From: Bacteroidales bacterium
GTDB lineage: Bacteria; Bacteroidota; Bacteroidia; Bacteroidales; GCA-2748055
Direction of reading: 5' to 3'
DNA: 62,581 nt
NCBI GenBank assembly: GCA_040768485.1
Contig: JAXGMU010000002.1
Span: forward strand, 106,285-168,865
Every line of letters starts with the position of its first letter. Within the stretch, counting starts at the first letter, position 1. Shown piece after piece: positions 28,751 to 39,229 of the stretch. The position numbers were made by a program, and so were the translations under genes. Under the pieces are notes generated by a model. That model was not told where the DNA came from, did not search any database, and worked only from the letters and a program-made list of their open reading frames with translations.

Positions 28751-31700
28751 AGACAAAAGTGAATCTGGCCGGTTGAGGCAGCACCCGGTACTGGTTCAGC
28801 AGTGTAATGGCCGTTCCCCCCACTCCGCTCACCCGGTGATCCAGGTTCAGGATCACCCCTTTTGTCTTCTCCAGCTGGAAGGAGTAGAAAGCCCGGGTGA
28901 GGTTGTCCGTTGTGAACCTGTGCGCGCTGGCATTGAAGGGCTCCTCTCCGCGGACATGCAATCCCCTGCCCGCTGCATCGGTAAGTGAGATCCAGTGCAC
29001 ATCGGTCTTGTTCCCGTAATCCTGAGGGATGATGTAAGGTACGTAATCCTCATCCACCGTCCGGCTGTATTTTCCCATCCTGGCTCCGGTCTTCCGGTCG
29101 GGATAGGTCTCGAAGGGACCCCGGCCGAACCACTCCATATTCCTGAATTTTTCCTTCATCTCCAGCTGCAGGCCCAGTTTCGGCAGCCAGTGGGTCATCC
29201 TTCCCTGGGGCAGCACGTCCGTGGTAACTGAAATTTCCCCGTCTCCCAGGATGGTGTAGTGGTAGCGGACCTTGAAACCGGTGGTATAATTGTTGGCATG
29301 CACGTTCACCTCTGCAAAGACTTCCGCCCTTCCCTCTCCCTGCTCAACCACCCGGAATCCAACCAGGTCATGTACCAGCCGGTCCAGTCCGGTCGTGCGC
29401 CAGCCGTTGGCGATCTCCCTGCCCATTCCTTCGCTTGTTTCTCCGATATCCGTCCTCCCCGTCCCCCATTCATCCTGGTCATTGGCCAGCGGGGCGCGCC
29501 ACACATTGAATCGTGGCCCCTTTCTGAAGAGTTCTTCACCGCTGACCTGCATGGATGCGATCAGTCCGTCTGTTTTTCCGATGGCACAGGTGAAACCCTC
29601 CCCCGCAAAGACCACCTGCCGGTCATCCTCGCTGATCTCAAGGGGTGCATATGCCCTGTGCTCCTGAGCTGTTTGCTCAGGCAGTTCAGTTCGGGGCAGC
29701 TCGAATTGTTCCCACGCCACTTCATGTCCCCGGGGTGCCCAGGCCTGGTCTTCAGCCAGGGTGAAAAGCACCAGCAGGTGGTGGCATGCTCCGGGGGACG
29801 CTACGGGGGGTTTGTAGGGTACCCGGATTACGTTCTTCCCGCCCGGTTCAAGCTCCACATCAAGACTTCCCTGCCGGATCACATCACCATCCGCGGTCAG
29901 CTCCCAGGAGCAGTCCAGCTCCTCCAGGTTCCTGAAATGATGGCGGTTGGTCACCTCCAGCAATCCCTCTTCAAGAGATACAGCCCTGATTCCCACGGGC
30001 TGGGGGGACTTTTTCAGCTGCCACAGCTCGGGTTGTACCGACCGGTCGGGCCATACCAGCCCGTATGTGCGCCCGGGCAGGCCGACGGACCAGAATTCCC
30101 CTTCGTCCCGGGTGGATTCGAAATCCAGCCAGAGCAGGGATTTTTCTTTCAGATCCGCGGCATCCGATTCAAGGTCCTGCAGCGGGACCGGCTCCCCGAA
30201 GATCCGCACCCGGTCGATGGTGGCATGGCTGAGGGGTCCCGTGTGGCTGTCCCCCATCGCCGTGCTTTTTCCGATGGCCACCCGTTCCGGTCCGTTGAGG
30301 ATGTCACCCCTGCAAGCTCTGGTCCCGATGATCTTCCCGTCCACGTACAGTTCCATTTTCTGTCCGTCATAGATACCTGCCACTTGGTGCCAGCGGCCGA
30401 CCCAGCCGGAAGGCAGCTTTCCTTTTAGGGCGGTCCTTTCCCGGGTATGCAGATAGAATTCAAGATGTCCCGAATCGGGTTGAATGATCCCATACTGGTG
30501 ATCCCCCTTGGTCAGGTAATGTGCATAACCGTTGTAGGGTTCGGGCCTGATCCGGAAAGAGATCGTGATCGCGTCACCGGATATATCCAGTGAGGAGTCC
30601 CTGTAGACCTCCAGGAAATCGTCGTGCCCGCTCAGGTAAAGCGCATTCCCATGGTTTCCTGGGACCAGGTGTGCCCGGTTCATCAGCGCGCACAGGACAT
30701 CACCGGGCGATTCGTCGGGTGTGGTCACCACCGGCTGGGTGATCCCGGGACTGATCCAGTCCCAGATGGCCCCGCCCGTCAGCCTGGGATACCGGCGGAT
30801 CAGTTCCCAGTACTCATCCAGTCCGCCCAGGCTGTTCCCGGTTGCGGCAATATATTCATCCATGAATGAGGGCCTGGGGTCATCCGACAGAGCAAAGAGT
30901 TCCTCAAGAGCAAAGGGCTGAAGGTACCTGGGCCCCACGATGTCCTCGCATTTGATGGGATTTGTCTCCGGATCCTGGTCATTGTTCCCTCCGTACAACC
31001 ATCCCGGGCGACTGGGATCGATCTTCTTTCCCTCTTCCATGACCGCGCAGATGTTGTCGCCCGGACCGCTTTCATTCCCTGCGCTCCAGATCACCACAGA
31101 AGGGTGGTTCCGGTCGCGGTACACCATCTTTCTCATCCGGTCCAGGTATTGTGCCCGCCATTCGGGCCGGTATGAGAGGTATGTGTAGGCATGGGCCTCG
31201 TCGCCCGTCTCATCCACGATGTAGATCCCCAGTTCATCGGCCAGGTCCAGATACTCCACGTTCGGGGGATAGTGGCTGGTCCGCACACAGTTGATATTGA
31301 ACTGTTTCATCAGGACCAGATCCTTCTTCATGGTTTCCATGTCCATGGCATGACCCGTTCCGGGATGCAGCATATGGCTGTTGACCCCGTTAAATTTGAT
31401 CCGGACCCCGTTGATCCAGATGGCCTGGTCCCTGATCTCCACCTCCCGGAATCCCACCCGACTGCTTAGAATTTCGGTGACCATTCCCCTTGCGTCAAGA
31501 AGTTCGAGGGTCAGGGTATACAGGTTCGGGTATTCGGCGGACCATTTTGCAGGCCCGCGGACCGGGATGGATTGAGCGATCCGGACGGTGGCCGTACCTT
31601 TTACGGGTGCTACGGGGATGGACACAGGTTCCTCGAGTACCCGCTTCCCTCCGGCATCGCGTAGCTGCACCCTCACCGAGTAGCCATCCCGGGTCCCTCC

Positions 31701-32492
31701 GCGGTAGCCGGTGACATCTGCCTCCAGCATTAGCAGCGCATGCTCATAAGCATCATCCAGGTGGGTGGTGATACAGAAATCACTGATGTGCACATCCGGG
31801 GTGGCCATCAGGTAGACGTCCCGGTAGATCCCCGACAGCCGCCAGGTATCCTGGTCCTCCAGGTAAGATCCGTCACAGAAGCGCAGCACCTGTACAGCGA
31901 TGCTGTTTTCACCTTTTTTCAATAAAGCGGTAATATCATATTCGGCAGGTTCCATGCCTCCCTGGTTGTAACCCGCTTCTTTACCGTTGATCCACACATA
32001 GGAGGCCGACTGAACCCCTTCAAAATGAAGGAAGACCTGTTTACCCTCCCATGATGCTGGCAATTCAAAGGTCCTGTAATAGCATCCCACCGGATTGAAA
32101 TCATCCGGCACATCAGGCGGCTCATTGGGGAAAGGCAATCCGATGTTGCGGAAAATAGGGTATCCGAATCCCTCCATCTGCCAGTTGGAGGGCACCCTGA
32201 TGCTGTCCCATCCCGACCGGTCATACCCGGTCCGGAAAAAGCCGGCAGGTGCAAGGTCCGGATTCTCGGACCAGTTGAACGCCCATCTCCCGTTCAGCGA
32301 AAAATGGTTCGGGGATGATTTCCGCCGGCATTCCAGGGCCTGGTCCAGCCGGTCGTAAGGCATCAGGGTGGCATGGGGAGGCACCTGGTTCTTTTCAAAC
32401 ACCGCAGGATTTTCCCAGTCGGGATGCAGCTGAGAGAACAGAAAGCTCACAGGGTATGCTGTTGCCAGAAGGAAGAACACCGCTTTTTTCAT
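28722..32492 (-). CDS. Beta-galactosidase (GH2, LacZ-type) with inserted LamG-like domain
   Basis: DWENP, VRTSHYP, WSAGNE (acid/base), MDEY (nucleophile), GGAIWDW, Bgal_small_N tail; WHQVAGIYDG..MELYVDG insert. Confidence 0.93.
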   Translation of the reverse strand: MKKAVFFLLATAYPVSFLFSQLHPDWENPAVFEKNQVPPHATLMPYDRLDQALECRRKSSPNHFSLNGRWAFNWSENPDLAPAGFFRTGYDRSGWDSIRVPSNWQMEGFGYPIFRNIGLPFPNEPPDVPDDFNPVGCYYRTFELPASWEGKQVFLHFEGVQSASYVWINGKEAGYNQGGMEPAEYDITALLKKGENSIAVQVLRFCDGSYLEDQDTWRLSGIYRDVYLMATPDVHISDFCITTHLDDAYEHALLMLEADVTGYRGGTRDGYSVRVQLRDAGGKRVLEEPVSIPVAPVKGTATVRIAQSIPVRGPAKWSAEYPNLYTLTLELLDARGMVTEILSSRVGFREVEIRDQAIWINGVRIKFNGVNSHMLHPGTGHAMDMETMKKDLVLMKQFNINCVRTSHYPPNVEYLDLADELGIYIVDETGDEAHAYTYLSYRPEWRAQYLDRMRKMVYRDRNHPSVVIWSAGNESGPGDNICAVMEEGKKIDPSRPGWLYGGNNDQDPETNPIKCEDIVGPRYLQPFALEELFALSDDPRPSFMDEYIAATGNSLGGLDEYWELIRRYPRLTGGAIWDWISPGITQPVVTTPDESPGDVLCALMNRAHLVPGNHGNALYLSGHDDFLEVYRDSSLDISGDAITISFRIRPEPYNGYAHYLTKGDHQYGIIQPDSGHLEFYLHTRERTALKGKLPSGWVGRWHQVAGIYDGQKMELYVDGKIIGTRACRGDILNGPERVAIGKSTAMGDSHTGPLSHATIDRVRIFGEPVPLQDLESDAADLKEKSLLWLDFESTRDEGEFWSVGLPGRTYGLVWPDRSVQPELWQLKKSPQPVGIRAVSLEEGLLEVTNRHHFRNLEELDCSWELTADGDVIRQGSLDVELEPGGKNVIRVPYKPPVASPGACHHLLVLFTLAEDQAWAPRGHEVAWEQFELPRTELPEQTAQEHRAYAPLEISEDDRQVVFAGEGFTCAIGKTDGLIASMQVSGEELFRKGPRFNVWRAPLANDQDEWGTGRTDIGETSEGMGREIANGWRTTGLDRLVHDLVGFRVVEQGEGRAEVFAEVNVHANNYTTGFKVRYHYTILGDGEISVTTDVLPQGRMTHWLPKLGLQLEMKEKFRNMEWFGRGPFETYPDRKTGARMGKYSRTVDEDYVPYIIPQDYGNKTDVHWISLTDAAGRGLHVRGEEPFNASAHRFTTDNLTRAFYSFQLEKTKGVILNLDHRVSGVGGTAITLLNQYRVLPQPARFTFVFKALPGSWE

Positions 32493-32518
32493 GGTTTGGT
32501 CTTTATTACATGTCAGGG

Positions 32519-34360
32519 TTACTGCAAGAGTGAATCGGCCACATCGATGGCCAGCCTGTATTTCCCGAAGGGAGCACTCACCTGGATTCCGCTGGCCAGC
32601 GGCTTCACCGCATCCACCATCATCCTGGCGATCTCCAGCCCGGCTTTCATCTGGTCCTCCTTCGTATCATATTTGGCCATGTAGCTGACAACGGCATCGG
32701 GGACATACACACCGGGCACTTCATTCTTCATGAATTCCGCGTTGCGGAGACTGACCAGCGGCCAGATCCCGGCGATCAGGTAAAGCTTGCCGGGACCGGC
32801 TTTCTCAAGGAAGGTCTCCAGGGAAGGAATGTCGAACACTGGCTGGGTGATGACAAACTCGGCCCCGGCTTCCCGCTTGGCGCGCAACCGCTCTATCTCT
32901 TTTTCCGGATTGATGCTGTTGGGATCCAGTCCCACCCCGGTGAAGAATGCAGTGGGTTCACCGATCCGCTTCTCACCCACATCCATCCCGTGGTTCAGGT
33001 TGTTGATCAGGTGCACCAGTCCGACGGAATCGATATCGAACACGGCGGTTGCCTGGGGATAATCGCCGATCATGGGCGGATCGCCCGTAATGGCCAGAAT
33101 ATTCCTGATCCCCAGGGCTGCGGCACCCAGCAGATCGGATTGCATCCCCAGCAGGTTGCGGTCCCGGCAGGTATAGTGGATCACGGTTTCGATCCCCACC
33201 TGGTTCTGGATCAGCACGGCCAGCGAGAGCCCGGTCATCCGCGCCGATGCCCTGGGTCCGTCGGGGATGTTCACGGCATCCACCCCGTGGTCAAGCAGGA
33301 GCCTGGCTCCTTCGACCTGTTTGCTGATGTCCGTGCTCCTGGGAGGAACCATCTCCACCAGCACTACCTTCTCTCCCGAGGTAAGCCTGGCGGCGAGCCT
33401 GGATTTTTTTTCCATCCTTACAGGCTCGGGCAACGGCTCTCCGGTCACCGGTCTCAGTCCGATCTTCAGGGAGTGCTGGACCCGGGTCTGTTTCATGGCC
33501 AGGGCGTCGGCCATCAACCTGATATGTTCGGGGGTTGTCCCGCAGCAGCCACCCATCATCCGGACCCCCTTTTCAATAAATCTTTTGGTGAATATTTTGA
33601 AATATTCGGGGGTGCTCATGTAGATCATCCTGCCGTCCGTATACTGCGGCCTTCCCGCATTGGGCATGATGCAGACAGGTTTGCCGGAATGGTTGATCAT
33701 CGTCTCCACAAAATCCAGCATGGGTTTGGGGCCCACGGTACAGTTCAGCCCCACCAGGGTGGCTTCGGATTTCGCCAGCCGGTAGGCGATGTCCCCGATA
33801 TCCACCCCGTATCTTGTTTTGCCGTCCTCATTGACGGTCATCATGGCCGCCACAGGCAGGTCGCTTGCCCTCCTTACCGCGCGGATGGCCTGCTCCATCT
33901 CCCTGATATCCTGGAAGGTCTCCAGGATGAACAGATCCACTCCGCCTTCTGCCAGGATGCCGGCCTGCTCCGCATAGGCATCAAACACCTCCTCCAGTGT
34001 GGTATCCCCCCAGGGCTCGATCTCCACCCCCCCGGGTCCCATGGATCCCGCCACGTATGCCACCTCACCCGCCGCCTCCCGGGCGAGGGCCACCCCGGCA
34101 AGGTTGATCTCCCCTAGTTTTCCGGACAGGTTGTGGGCCCCCAGCTTGAAGCGGTTGGCCCCGTATGTATTGGTTTCAATGACCTTTGCACCGGCACGGA
34201 CATAATCCTCGTGGATGGTCCGGATCAGATCGGGCCGTGAAAGGTTCAGTTCGTCATAACATTTGTCAATGAACACACCCTTCTGGTAGATCAGGGATCC
34301 CATGGCCCCGTCGAGCAGGACCAGGTTATCCTTCATGTATTCCTCGAATGGGATCATCAT
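32519..34360 (-). CDS. yitJ: Bifunctional homocysteine S-methyltransferase / methylenetetrahydrofolate reductase (YitJ-like)
   Basis: LDGAMG, GLNC and GGCCGTTPEHI (Zn-binding Hcy domain); VEMVPP, NIPDGP, CRDRN, ITGDPP, ITQPVFD (MTHFR). Confidence 0.92.
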   Translation of the reverse strand: MMIPFEEYMKDNLVLLDGAMGSLIYQKGVFIDKCYDELNLSRPDLIRTIHEDYVRAGAKVIETNTYGANRFKLGAHNLSGKLGEINLAGVALAREAAGEVAYVAGSMGPGGVEIEPWGDTTLEEVFDAYAEQAGILAEGGVDLFILETFQDIREMEQAIRAVRRASDLPVAAMMTVNEDGKTRYGVDIGDIAYRLAKSEATLVGLNCTVGPKPMLDFVETMINHSGKPVCIMPNAGRPQYTDGRMIYMSTPEYFKIFTKRFIEKGVRMMGGCCGTTPEHIRLMADALAMKQTRVQHSLKIGLRPVTGEPLPEPVRMEKKSRLAARLTSGEKVVLVEMVPPRSTDISKQVEGARLLLDHGVDAVNIPDGPRASARMTGLSLAVLIQNQVGIETVIHYTCRDRNLLGMQSDLLGAAALGIRNILAITGDPPMIGDYPQATAVFDIDSVGLVHLINNLNHGMDVGEKRIGEPTAFFTGVGLDPNSINPEKEIERLRAKREAGAEFVITQPVFDIPSLETFLEKAGPGKLYLIAGIWPLVSLRNAEFMKNEVPGVYVPDAVVSYMAKYDTKEDQMKAGLEIARMMVDAVKPLASGIQVSAPFGKYRLAIDVADSLLQ

Positions 34361-37300
34361 ATGTCTGAAGTTGGTTTTCTGAAGGAATGGCTGCCTGCCA
34401 TGCCAGAAAGCTCCACCACGATCTCCCCTGAATCACCGGGGAAATCGCTCCTGTCGAATTGTATCTCCAGCCGCTTCAGGTCGGGGATGTTTTTATCATA
34501 CGAAAGGGGAGGCGGTGAGAGGGGAACCACATTGAACCTGAAAGGCACAGATGACCTGACAAGCAGGGAAAGCTGTTCCCCGTCCTGGGTGAGTACCAGC
34601 CGGTGGTCCTTCTCCTCCACCCTGGCCAGGGTTATCATCTGCCAGGAAAGGGTGCGGGTCCCGGGACTGAATGAGATTACGTCCCTTACCCGGAGTGTTT
34701 CACCGGACACTTCAGAGAAGCTGCGCAGAACCTTTCGTGCGGACCCGCCAAACACAGGGGTCAGGTCGAATGTTACCCGCGGGACATCCCCGTCCCGATC
34801 CATCCCGGTCATTGTCGCCCGTGCATCGGCCAGGTGCATCTCCCCGTTCAGCGTCAGCGTGCTGTGGCCGAAATTGTTCTTGGTGAGCAGGCTCCACCTG
34901 CGGGAATCCTGTGCCTGGTTCCAGAGTTCGTTTCCCATGATCTGTTCCAGCTCATTATAATTCTGATTTCCCGGATCCACTGACCAGCGTACGCCGTTCA
35001 GTTCAAAGACGAAAGAACCGGCATCCATGTTCCCGTGGTTGTCCGCCGCCCTGCCCCCCTTTGCGGCCAGGAAGAAAGCATCCTTACCCCCTTCGGGATC
35101 ACGCAGGATGCAAACGGGTTCGTCACCCCGTCCGGTCCACACCTCAGCGGGAACGAATGTGGCATTGTCTGCCTGGTCCAGTAGAGCGGAATGGAGCAAA
35201 TAAAGGCTGAAGAAGCGGTGATGAAGCACCTGGTCAGGCTGCTCCAACTCCTTCGATAGCAATGCAGCATATGCATCCATGTCCGTTTCAATGCCCACGT
35301 TCGCTGCAAACCATGAGAGCAGTCCATGGTGTGAAAGCGACAGGTACCCTTCCAGTCCGGCATCGAAATAATTGAAATATTGCCCGGAAGGTCCGGCCAG
35401 TACCCGGCTGAAGGTGGCGCTCTCCTTCAGTCCCGGAGCAGCGCCGAACCCGAAGTCGGTCCCCAGCGCAGAACGGAAGGCAGAGATGGCGGCGGTCAGG
35501 TAATCGGTGGCATAGAACCAGTAAGAGGGGCCTTCGGGATACACCCCGTCGGGTGCATAAGGTGCCAGTCCCAGCGGAATCTTTTCCACGGCCCTGTGAA
35601 GGATCGCGGCAGCCAGTCCGGGCTCCTCCTCAAACACTGCCAGCGCCGCCAGGGAGAGTCCCCCGTGACACACCAGGTTCCAGTTGTGGTGCACATCCAC
35701 CCAGAAATGATCCCCTGCGCCGGGCATGCCCGGCTTGAGGGCTTTCTCCACAAGTGATGCGCGTGCCAGACTGTCCAGTTCAGGAGGAAACCATTCACCG
35801 GCCCAGTCCACCGCCAGCGCGACAGCCGTGGCCATTTCCGCCACATCCAGGAAATGGGAAGGATTCCAGTCAGGGAACATGCAAACCGCCTCCATCTCCT
35901 GTTCCAGCCTTTGCATATAACGTGCATCCTGTTTCATCCGGTATACCAGGGCCAGCGTGGTCATTCTGCGGATGGCTTCCCTGGATACCCCCAGGAGTCT
36001 GCGGCCTGTTTTGGAATAGGTAAGCGGCTCCGTTTCGAGCATGGATGCTGCAACCTGTTCCAGTAAATAATATCCGTTCCGGGTGAGCGGATCCCTCTGT
36101 ATCCCTTCCCGGAGCCGGGTTTCCAACTCCGGGGTCAGGATCAGCCTGGGAGCGGAATCCCGCAGATGCTCCATGATCCATTCCGGGGTGACCGGGTTTT
36201 TAAATCCGGACATATGGAGATCCGCAAAATCCAGGTACTGTTCCCAGTCATACACGGTCAGGTCATGGTCACCCGACCGAATATGGTATCCTGTCTTCCC
36301 GCTCCATACCGGATGGTCCGTGGCGGGCAGGACTGTCTCTTCCATCTGCTTTTCTCCGTAAAGCGAATACACCTCTCCTGCATGATACAGGGAAAGATAC
36401 TCCCCCGGGGGATCCGCCCAGTCATCATTCTCTGAACTGGCCACATAGAGGGGCCGCGGAGCGATCAGGGCCAGCAGCATGTGCTGGTCCACCGGCAGGG
36501 CTTCTTCCCTGCCATTGTATGCGTGGAACCTTGCAGCGAACCAGTGCGGGAAAGTGGTGTTGATGTCGGCGACCCTCTCCCCGAAAGCCCTCCTGGAGAG
36601 GGCCGCTCCGCCGCAGCCCGAATTGTTGGAGATCACCAGGGAAAACCTGTCATCCTGTGCGCCGGCCCACAGGGCAGCCTTCCCCAGGCGGGAATGACCG
36701 ATCACCGCCACCCGGCCGGGATCCACTGCCGGGTCGGTCTCCAGGTAATCCATGGCCGCCGAAAGTCCCCGGGCCCAGGCTGCAATGGCCCCCCAGTCGG
36801 CCGAATCCCTCCCGGCCGGTTCCGGTCCCAGGATGGCATGGATCCCGTTCCTGAACCCGTCATCAAAGTCAGGATCGATATCATGGTAACACATGGTGGC
36901 CAGTCCGTACCCGCGGGAAAGGATCATTTCCAACGGCCAGCGGTGGGCCCTGACGCCCCTGGATTCAGGGGTGGCACGGTTCTCAGTGATCCCGAACGCC
37001 TTATTGTTCTCCATCCAGCTACCCATGATCCGGATGCCCTCATCAGGATGGATGCTGTGGTTCCCGTAGAAGTTCAGCCCCAGGAAAACAGGCACCGGTC
37101 CGGAACGCGCTGCCGGTAGATACAGGAGCAGGCCCATGGTGAGGGTGTCCCCGTCAAGGCTGACCACCACATCCACCTCCTTCCTCACAGCCAGGCCACC
37201 CAGGGCGTTCTTTGCGGGCACTGCCTCCTCGAAATGAATCTCCGCTTCCCTGTCCGGCACCCTTCCGTACACGTGGTCCCTGAACAGTTCCAGGATCTCT

Positions 37301-37503
37301 TTTCTGCGGATCCTTTCCCAGTCTTCAGCTGATTCCACGGGGATCCCGTCAGAGGTGACCAGAAGATCGGGAAGCGGGGCAATGAGCGGATCGGTGGCTC
37401 CGGATCCGCTCCGGTACCAGCCGGTAAGGCTTAATATACCGGTGAGGACGAACAGGACCCGGATGGCAGTTCCCGGTCCGCCCGGGGGGAAAATGTGTCG
37501 CAT
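34357..37503 (-). CDS. Fusion: CE15-like (glucuronoyl/acetylxylan) esterase + heparinase II/III-like domain
   Basis: GHSRLGK nucleophile, SGCGG, LPVDQH, DDWADP.GE, H.LT.YDW (CE15-like). Then WNPSHFLD, NWNLVC, YPEGPSYW, HGNMDAGSF, HSTL (Hepar_II_III-like). Confidence 0.82.
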   Translation of the reverse strand: MRHIFPPGGPGTAIRVLFVLTGILSLTGWYRSGSGATDPLIAPLPDLLVTSDGIPVESAEDWERIRRKEILELFRDHVYGRVPDREAEIHFEEAVPAKNALGGLAVRKEVDVVVSLDGDTLTMGLLLYLPAARSGPVPVFLGLNFYGNHSIHPDEGIRIMGSWMENNKAFGITENRATPESRGVRAHRWPLEMILSRGYGLATMCYHDIDPDFDDGFRNGIHAILGPEPAGRDSADWGAIAAWARGLSAAMDYLETDPAVDPGRVAVIGHSRLGKAALWAGAQDDRFSLVISNNSGCGGAALSRRAFGERVADINTTFPHWFAARFHAYNGREEALPVDQHMLLALIAPRPLYVASSENDDWADPPGEYLSLYHAGEVYSLYGEKQMEETVLPATDHPVWSGKTGYHIRSGDHDLTVYDWEQYLDFADLHMSGFKNPVTPEWIMEHLRDSAPRLILTPELETRLREGIQRDPLTRNGYYLLEQVAASMLETEPLTYSKTGRRLLGVSREAIRRMTTLALVYRMKQDARYMQRLEQEMEAVCMFPDWNPSHFLDVAEMATAVALAVDWAGEWFPPELDSLARASLVEKALKPGMPGAGDHFWVDVHHNWNLVCHGGLSLAALAVFEEEPGLAAAILHRAVEKIPLGLAPYAPDGVYPEGPSYWFYATDYLTAAISAFRSALGTDFGFGAAPGLKESATFSRVLAGPSGQYFNYFDAGLEGYLSLSHHGLLSWFAANVGIETDMDAYAALLSKELEQPDQVLHHRFFSLYLLHSALLDQADNATFVPAEVWTGRGDEPVCILRDPEGGKDAFFLAAKGGRAADNHGNMDAGSFVFELNGVRWSVDPGNQNYNELEQIMGNELWNQAQDSRRWSLLTKNNFGHSTLTLNGEMHLADARATMTGMDRDGDVPRVTFDLTPVFGGSARKVLRSFSEVSGETLRVRDVISFSPGTRTLSWQMITLARVEEKDHRLVLTQDGEQLSLLVRSSVPFRFNVVPLSPPPLSYDKNIPDLKRLEIQFDRSDFPGDSGEIVVELSGMAGSHSFRKPTSDI

Positions 37504-37562
37504 TTGATTATCTTGCTATTCCCCACTAAAATTACAATCCTTAACTTCACCGCAAAAAGAAA

Positions 37563-38795
37563 TTGGGTAAAAAACTGGTTTTCCTTCTGATTGTCCTCGT
37601 AATCCTTGGAATGGAGCTGTATGCTTCCAGGGGGCTCCGGAATTTGTTTCACATCCATCCGGGGAATGTGTTCACTTTCAATATTATATACTGGGGGCTT
37701 ACCCTGCTGATGATCGCTGCCCTGGTCTGGGCAGGCCTGACTTTCCGGAACCAGCGCGAACCGGAGGTTTTCCGCAGGATCACCCTGGTGCTGGGGATCT
37801 TCCTCATGTATTTTCTCCCCAAACTCATCTTCAACCTGTTTCAGATGGCAGGCGACCTGTCCGCCGGGATCGTATGGCTGGTCCACCGGGAGGCCGGTAC
37901 GGACCGGATCCGAAGTTTTTTTCTCATTCCGGGAGCCGTCGCGGGAATCCTGCTGCTGGCCGGATTCGCCATGGGCATGATCCGGGGGGTAACGAACATT
38001 AAAATCGTCCGGGAAGAGATCGGGCTCCCGGACCTTCCCGCTCCTTTTTCAGGGGTCCGTATCGTGCAGGTCAGCGATTTCCACCTTGCCGGTTTCCATC
38101 ACCGACCGGACCACATCAAAAGAGTGGTGGAGCAGGTGAACGGGCTCACGCCTGACCTGATCCTGTTTACGGGCGACATGGTCCATAATTTCGCCGAAGA
38201 GATGGATCCATTCATGGAGATGCTGAAGTCGCTGAAAGCGCCGCTGGGAAAGTATGCCATCCTGGGCAACCACGATTACGGAGCCTATTACAGCTGGCAT
38301 TCGGAAGCAGAGAAGGCGGCCAACCTGGAGAAAGTGAAATCACAGATCAGGGAGACAGGATTTGACCTGCTCCTGGACGAACACCGGACCCTCGCCCTGG
38401 ATGGGGCAGCCATCGAACTGGTGGGGGTGGAAAACTGGGGGAAGGCACCCATGCCGCAGGAAGGCGATCTGGAGAGGGCGATGGCGGGAACGGATCCTTC
38501 GGCGGTGAAGATCCTGCTGTCCCATGATCCGCACCATTGGTTCCTGCATGTCCGGGGAAAGAAGGACATTCCCCTGACCCTGGCGGGGCATACCCACGGT
38601 TTCCAGTTCGGGTTCGAGATCGGGAAATTCAAATGGAGCCCCTCGGCCTGGATGTACGACCACTGGGCCGGACTGCTGAAGGAAAATGGCCAGCAGCTGT
38701 ATGTGAACCGGGGGATCGGATATACCGGTTTCCCCGGCAGGGTGGGCATCCGTCCCGAGATCACCCTGATCACACTGGTGCAGGAAAAACCCTGA
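37563..38795 (+). CDS. Membrane-anchored metallophosphoesterase (YkuE/YaeI-like)
   Basis: SDFH, TGD, GNHD, LSH, AGHTHG; N-terminal TM helices. Confidence 0.93.
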   Translation: MGKKLVFLLIVLVILGMELYASRGLRNLFHIHPGNVFTFNIIYWGLTLLMIAALVWAGLTFRNQREPEVFRRITLVLGIFLMYFLPKLIFNLFQMAGDLSAGIVWLVHREAGTDRIRSFFLIPGAVAGILLLAGFAMGMIRGVTNIKIVREEIGLPDLPAPFSGVRIVQVSDFHLAGFHHRPDHIKRVVEQVNGLTPDLILFTGDMVHNFAEEMDPFMEMLKSLKAPLGKYAILGNHDYGAYYSWHSEAEKAANLEKVKSQIRETGFDLLLDEHRTLALDGAAIELVGVENWGKAPMPQEGDLERAMAGTDPSAVKILLSHDPHHWFLHVRGKKDIPLTLAGHTHGFQFGFEIGKFKWSPSAWMYDHWAGLLKENGQQLYVNRGIGYTGFPGRVGIRPEITLITLVQEKP

Positions 38796-38812
38796 TCCGC
38801 CGGAATGATCCC

Positions 38813-39229
38813 TTAAACGGATCTTTGACCCGAGAGGAGGCGCAGGAGTTTCTCCGGGGCCCTGACGGGCCGGTTGGTTTTCATGTCCAGAAAGACGAGT
38901 ACCACCCTGGCCATATGCACCTCTTTTCCCGCTTCATTGAAGATCCGGTGCTCAAATTCCATCCTTGCCCCCGGGATCCGGTGCACGGTGGTTTCGATGG
39001 TGACCAGTTCGTCGTACCGGATCACCCCCCTGTACCTGGACTCCACGGAATAAACGGGCATCCTGATCCCCTCCTCTTCCAACGACCTGTAGGGCATACC
39101 CATCTCACGGATCATCTCGGTACGGCCGATTTCATAGAGCCGGGCGTAGTGCCCGTAGTACACCACCCCCATCTGGTCCGTATCCCCGTAGGTCACCCTG
39201 TATGTGGTCCTGTGCGTAAGCGGTAACAT
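38813..39229 (-). CDS. Acyl-CoA thioesterase (YbgC/FadM, 4HBT family)
   Basis: RVTYGDTDQMGVVYYGHY. Confidence 0.93.
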   Translation of the reverse strand: MLPLTHRTTYRVTYGDTDQMGVVYYGHYARLYEIGRTEMIREMGMPYRSLEEEGIRMPVYSVESRYRGVIRYDELVTIETTVHRIPGARMEFEHRIFNEAGKEVHMARVVLVFLDMKTNRPVRAPEKLLRLLSGQRSV

